Source: an uncultured virus (IMG/VR IMGVR_UViG_3300010885_077351) (taxonomy: Duplodnaviria; Heunggongvirae; Uroviricota; Caudoviricetes). From it: DNA of 20,000 nucleotides. The stretch is taken from IMG/VR virus record IMGVR_UViG_3300010885_077351. One strand, 5' to 3'. The translations under genes and the position numbers were made by a program. Under the pieces are notes generated by a model, which did no database searches, was not told the DNA's origin, and was given only the letters and a program-made list of their open reading frames with translations. Positions 17,884-20,000 of this stretch are shown one piece after another; the stretch's first letter is position 1; the number at the start of each line of letters is the position of its first letter.

Positions 17884-18936
17884 ATGAATTTTAATTCTCT
17901 CGTTACCAAACTAGAAATCCTTGAAGAAGCTAAAACTGGCCGCTTTGAAAAGCTCTTCCAAACAGGCTACCTTAAAAAAGCTATTGAAGATAAAAAACTT
18001 GGTACAGCAAGACCGTTAATGTTTGAATTTATTATTAACTTTTTGAAAGAGAAGGGTGTAGTACCAGATGAAACATATTTTAAAGGTTCACGCGCTGCTG
18101 CTGACGCAGGTGAATTTATTAAAAATCTTATTGATACAGGTTTACTTAAAGATGAAATTGCTGATGAATTCAACGAGTATATAAAAACTAATTTAGGTGA
18201 CTGGATTGGACTTAAAGTGAGATCTTTACGTGAACGCGGTAAAGGACAAAATCGTGGTAAAACATTCGGATCTGCTGAAGAATTTAACGCATTTAAAAAT
18301 GTTAAAACCAAAGAAGAAATGGATGCTGAAAAGCAAGCTGCAAAAGATAAAAAACAAGCTGCAGCTGACGATACATCACCGATAGCCCCTTATGAGTTTA
18401 CCGATTATTTAGTTAATATAGTATCTAAGGTACCTCTAGATATTAAACTAGTAGCTAGAATTTTAACAGCTGCAAGTAATGGTAAATCAGTTAATGTGGA
18501 TGATACTAGCACACCTACTAATATTGATATATCTTTAGATCCTGAATCAGCAATTGTAGATAAGGTTAAAAAGAACGGTGCAGATGCAACAGCTGACTCA
18601 CTTTTAAAAGTATTGCCGAAATATTTAAAAGTTGATGCTGAAGATATGGAAATTTTTATAAGCTCACCACATACAATGGATATTGAATCTGAGTTTGAAT
18701 CTAAAAAACCAAAAACTAAAGCTCAACGAACTGGTGTTGATTTACAAGGTTATGGAATGGGTACTATTGCTCCAGATGACTCTGAGAGACGTCTTGCAAA
18801 CCCATTTTAAGATGAGGAAGTCCTTGTTCAAAATGAAAACCACAAACCAAAAGTGACATTCATTTCAACCAAGGACCGTTTTAAGCCAGCAAATTCCTGG
18901 CAACAAGCTGCTAGAGCGGAGATGTTTTACAAATAA
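17884..18936 (+). CDS. hypothetical late protein (308 aa to first TAA; 350 codons if the in-frame TAA at 18808-18810 is passed)
   Basis: Late box upstream; charged protein starting MNFNSLVTKLEILEEAK. Frame stays open 41 codons past the TAA, to TAA 18934-18936, overlapping the queC end by 10 nt. Confidence 0.7.
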
Positions 18937-19664
18937 GTCTCATAAGGGATTTTTTTGCAGTTATGCTTAACCCATACAGACGATAAGTCTTGTTTATATT
19001 CGATTGGATCAATATAACCTGCTGAAACAAATCCAGCTAACCTTAAACTACTAGAAGGTGAATAAGCATCTGCTTTATCTTCACCTGCATAGCAAGTCCA
19101 AGTATCGCTAAACTTCACACCAAGTCTAATACCCTCTTCAATAATCTCTTTTTTAGACATTGTAATTAGAGGAGCTTCAACTTTAATGCGATGCTCTCGA
19201 TTTAAGTCAGCAACTGCATTGATTGCATCTAGAAACTCAGGGCTTCCATCCCAATAACCTGCTAATGAATCAACTTGAGCTGCTCCATACCAAACTGTGC
19301 TCGCTCCAACTCCTTCTGCATATGATAGAAGGTAAGTAATAAAAAGCATATTACGGAATGCAACGTAGCTTTTCGGTTGAGCCTCACCTCTCATCTCTCT
19401 AACGTCTGGTGTATCAATATCTAGATTAGTTAGAGAAGAAGTTGGTGCTAATACATCTAGTGGTGTATTAATAATTTTCATTTTGATAATTTTCTTATGA
19501 CCTACACGGCGTATAAGTTGTTTATGAGCGCAATCTAGTTCTTTTTTATGTCTTTGACCATAATCAAAAAATAAACAATAAATTTCATCAAACTGTTCAA
19601 TCGCTTTTTGAAGTAGGACAGAAGAATCCATACCACCAGAGAATGCTAATACTATTTTCGACAT
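18927..19664 (-). CDS. queC: QueC-family (7-cyano-7-deazaguanine synthase-like) PP-loop ATPase with degenerate Zn site
   Basis: IVLAFSGGMDSS, FDYGQRH..EL, SSLT, SYVAFRN, GYWDGSPEF, APLITMSKKEI, TWTCY. Confidence 0.9.
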   Translation of the reverse strand: MSKIVLAFSGGMDSSVLLQKAIEQFDEIYCLFFDYGQRHKKELDCAHKQLIRRVGHKKIIKMKIINTPLDVLAPTSSLTNLDIDTPDVREMRGEAQPKSYVAFRNMLFITYLLSYAEGVGASTVWYGAAQVDSLAGYWDGSPEFLDAINAVADLNREHRIKVEAPLITMSKKEIIEEGIRLGVKFSDTWTCYAGEDKADAYSPSSSLRLAGFVSAGYIDPIEYKQDLSSVWVKHNCKKIPYETYL

Positions 19665-19666
19665 AT

Positions 19667-19936
19667 TTAAATTGTAGCTTCGTCTAAGAGATTTTCAAGA
19701 TATACAATACCTTTCATCCCAGAAAAACGTGAAACTTCTTTTTCGTTTTTAACAAATACACAAGTCGGTACAGCATTAATGTTGTAATTTTTAACTAATT
19801 GTTCATGTTCTTCGATGTTGATGTGCTCAACATCGCAATTATGATGTTTTTGTTTAAACTGCTCAATGATTGGTTTAAACATTTTACAAGGTCCACAATA
19901 ACTAGCAGTAAAGTATAACAATTTAATTTCATTCAT
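19667..19936 (-). CDS. trxA: thioredoxin
   Basis: FTASYCGPCKM active site, YNINAVPT cis-Pro loop, RFSG. Confidence 0.92.
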   Translation of the reverse strand: MNEIKLLYFTASYCGPCKMFKPIIEQFKQKHHNCDVEHINIEEHEQLVKNYNINAVPTCVFVKNEKEVSRFSGMKGIVYLENLLDEATI

Positions 19937-19942
19937 ATTACA

Positions 19943-19970
19943 AATATAATATATTGTTGGTTGTTTTCAA
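19943..19970 (-). promoter_or_regulatory. sigma70-like promoter TTGAAA-N16-TATATT
   Basis: -35 at 19970-19965, -10 at 19948-19943, 6 nt to ATG 19936. Confidence 0.6.
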
Positions 19971-20000
19971 CTTATAAGGTGAAAGTGAAAAATACCGACA

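Noticed and set aside
768..18311. Short antisense/alternative-frame ORFs (768-968, 1524-1706, 4391-4594, 6776-7057, 8392-8673, 9990-10208, 10357-10560, 13502-13762, 14691-14915, 17466-17651, 17967-18311)
   Set aside because: Each overlaps a better-supported gene and lacks motifs or expression signals.
19664..19669. TAAATA before queC as a late promoter
   Set aside because: It is formed by the thioredoxin stop plus the queC start (TAAATATG), leaving no room for a TSS before the ATG.
1..20000. Genome-wide stop codon reassignment (TAG or TGA recoding, or full TAA reassignment)
   Set aside because: TAG, TGA and TAA all end well-defined genes at expected positions with tight coupling (ATGA, TAATG). 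Coding density is already high under the standard code.
1..20000. CRISPR array, tRNA/rRNA, intron, intein or IS element
   Set aside because: No regularly spaced repeats, cloverleafs or transposase/homing-endonuclease motifs were seen by eye. Helicase and primase are of normal length.

Overview
AT-rich, densely coding window from a large T4-like (Tevenvirinae-style core) dsDNA phage, read with the standard stop codons. The left end holds virion/receptor-binding genes (lectin-fold protein, RCC1-repeat tail protein). The middle is a minus-strand replication module: primase gp61, RNase H/flap nuclease, sliding clamp gp45, SSB gp32 and helicase gp41. The right end holds a glycosyltransferase, a class II glutamine amidotransferase, an atypical QueC and thioredoxin. 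The most unusual content is a secreted PVC-superphylum (Verrucomicrobia/Planctomycetes-type) module inserted among the replication genes: a Sec-exported DUF1549/DUF1553 protein with a CxxCH haem motif next to a Tat-exported DUF1501 protein, plus a second divergent Tat-DUF1501. All three sit behind phage late-promoter-like TAAATA boxes. Manual reading also shows three genes interrupted by a single in-frame TAA (clamp, DUF1501 #2, a late gene), two frameshifts in the DUF1549/1553 gene, a QueC lacking three of its four zinc cysteines, apparently leaderless promoters, and a 164-nt dual-coding overlap. All family calls come from motif recognition by eye; no database searches were run.
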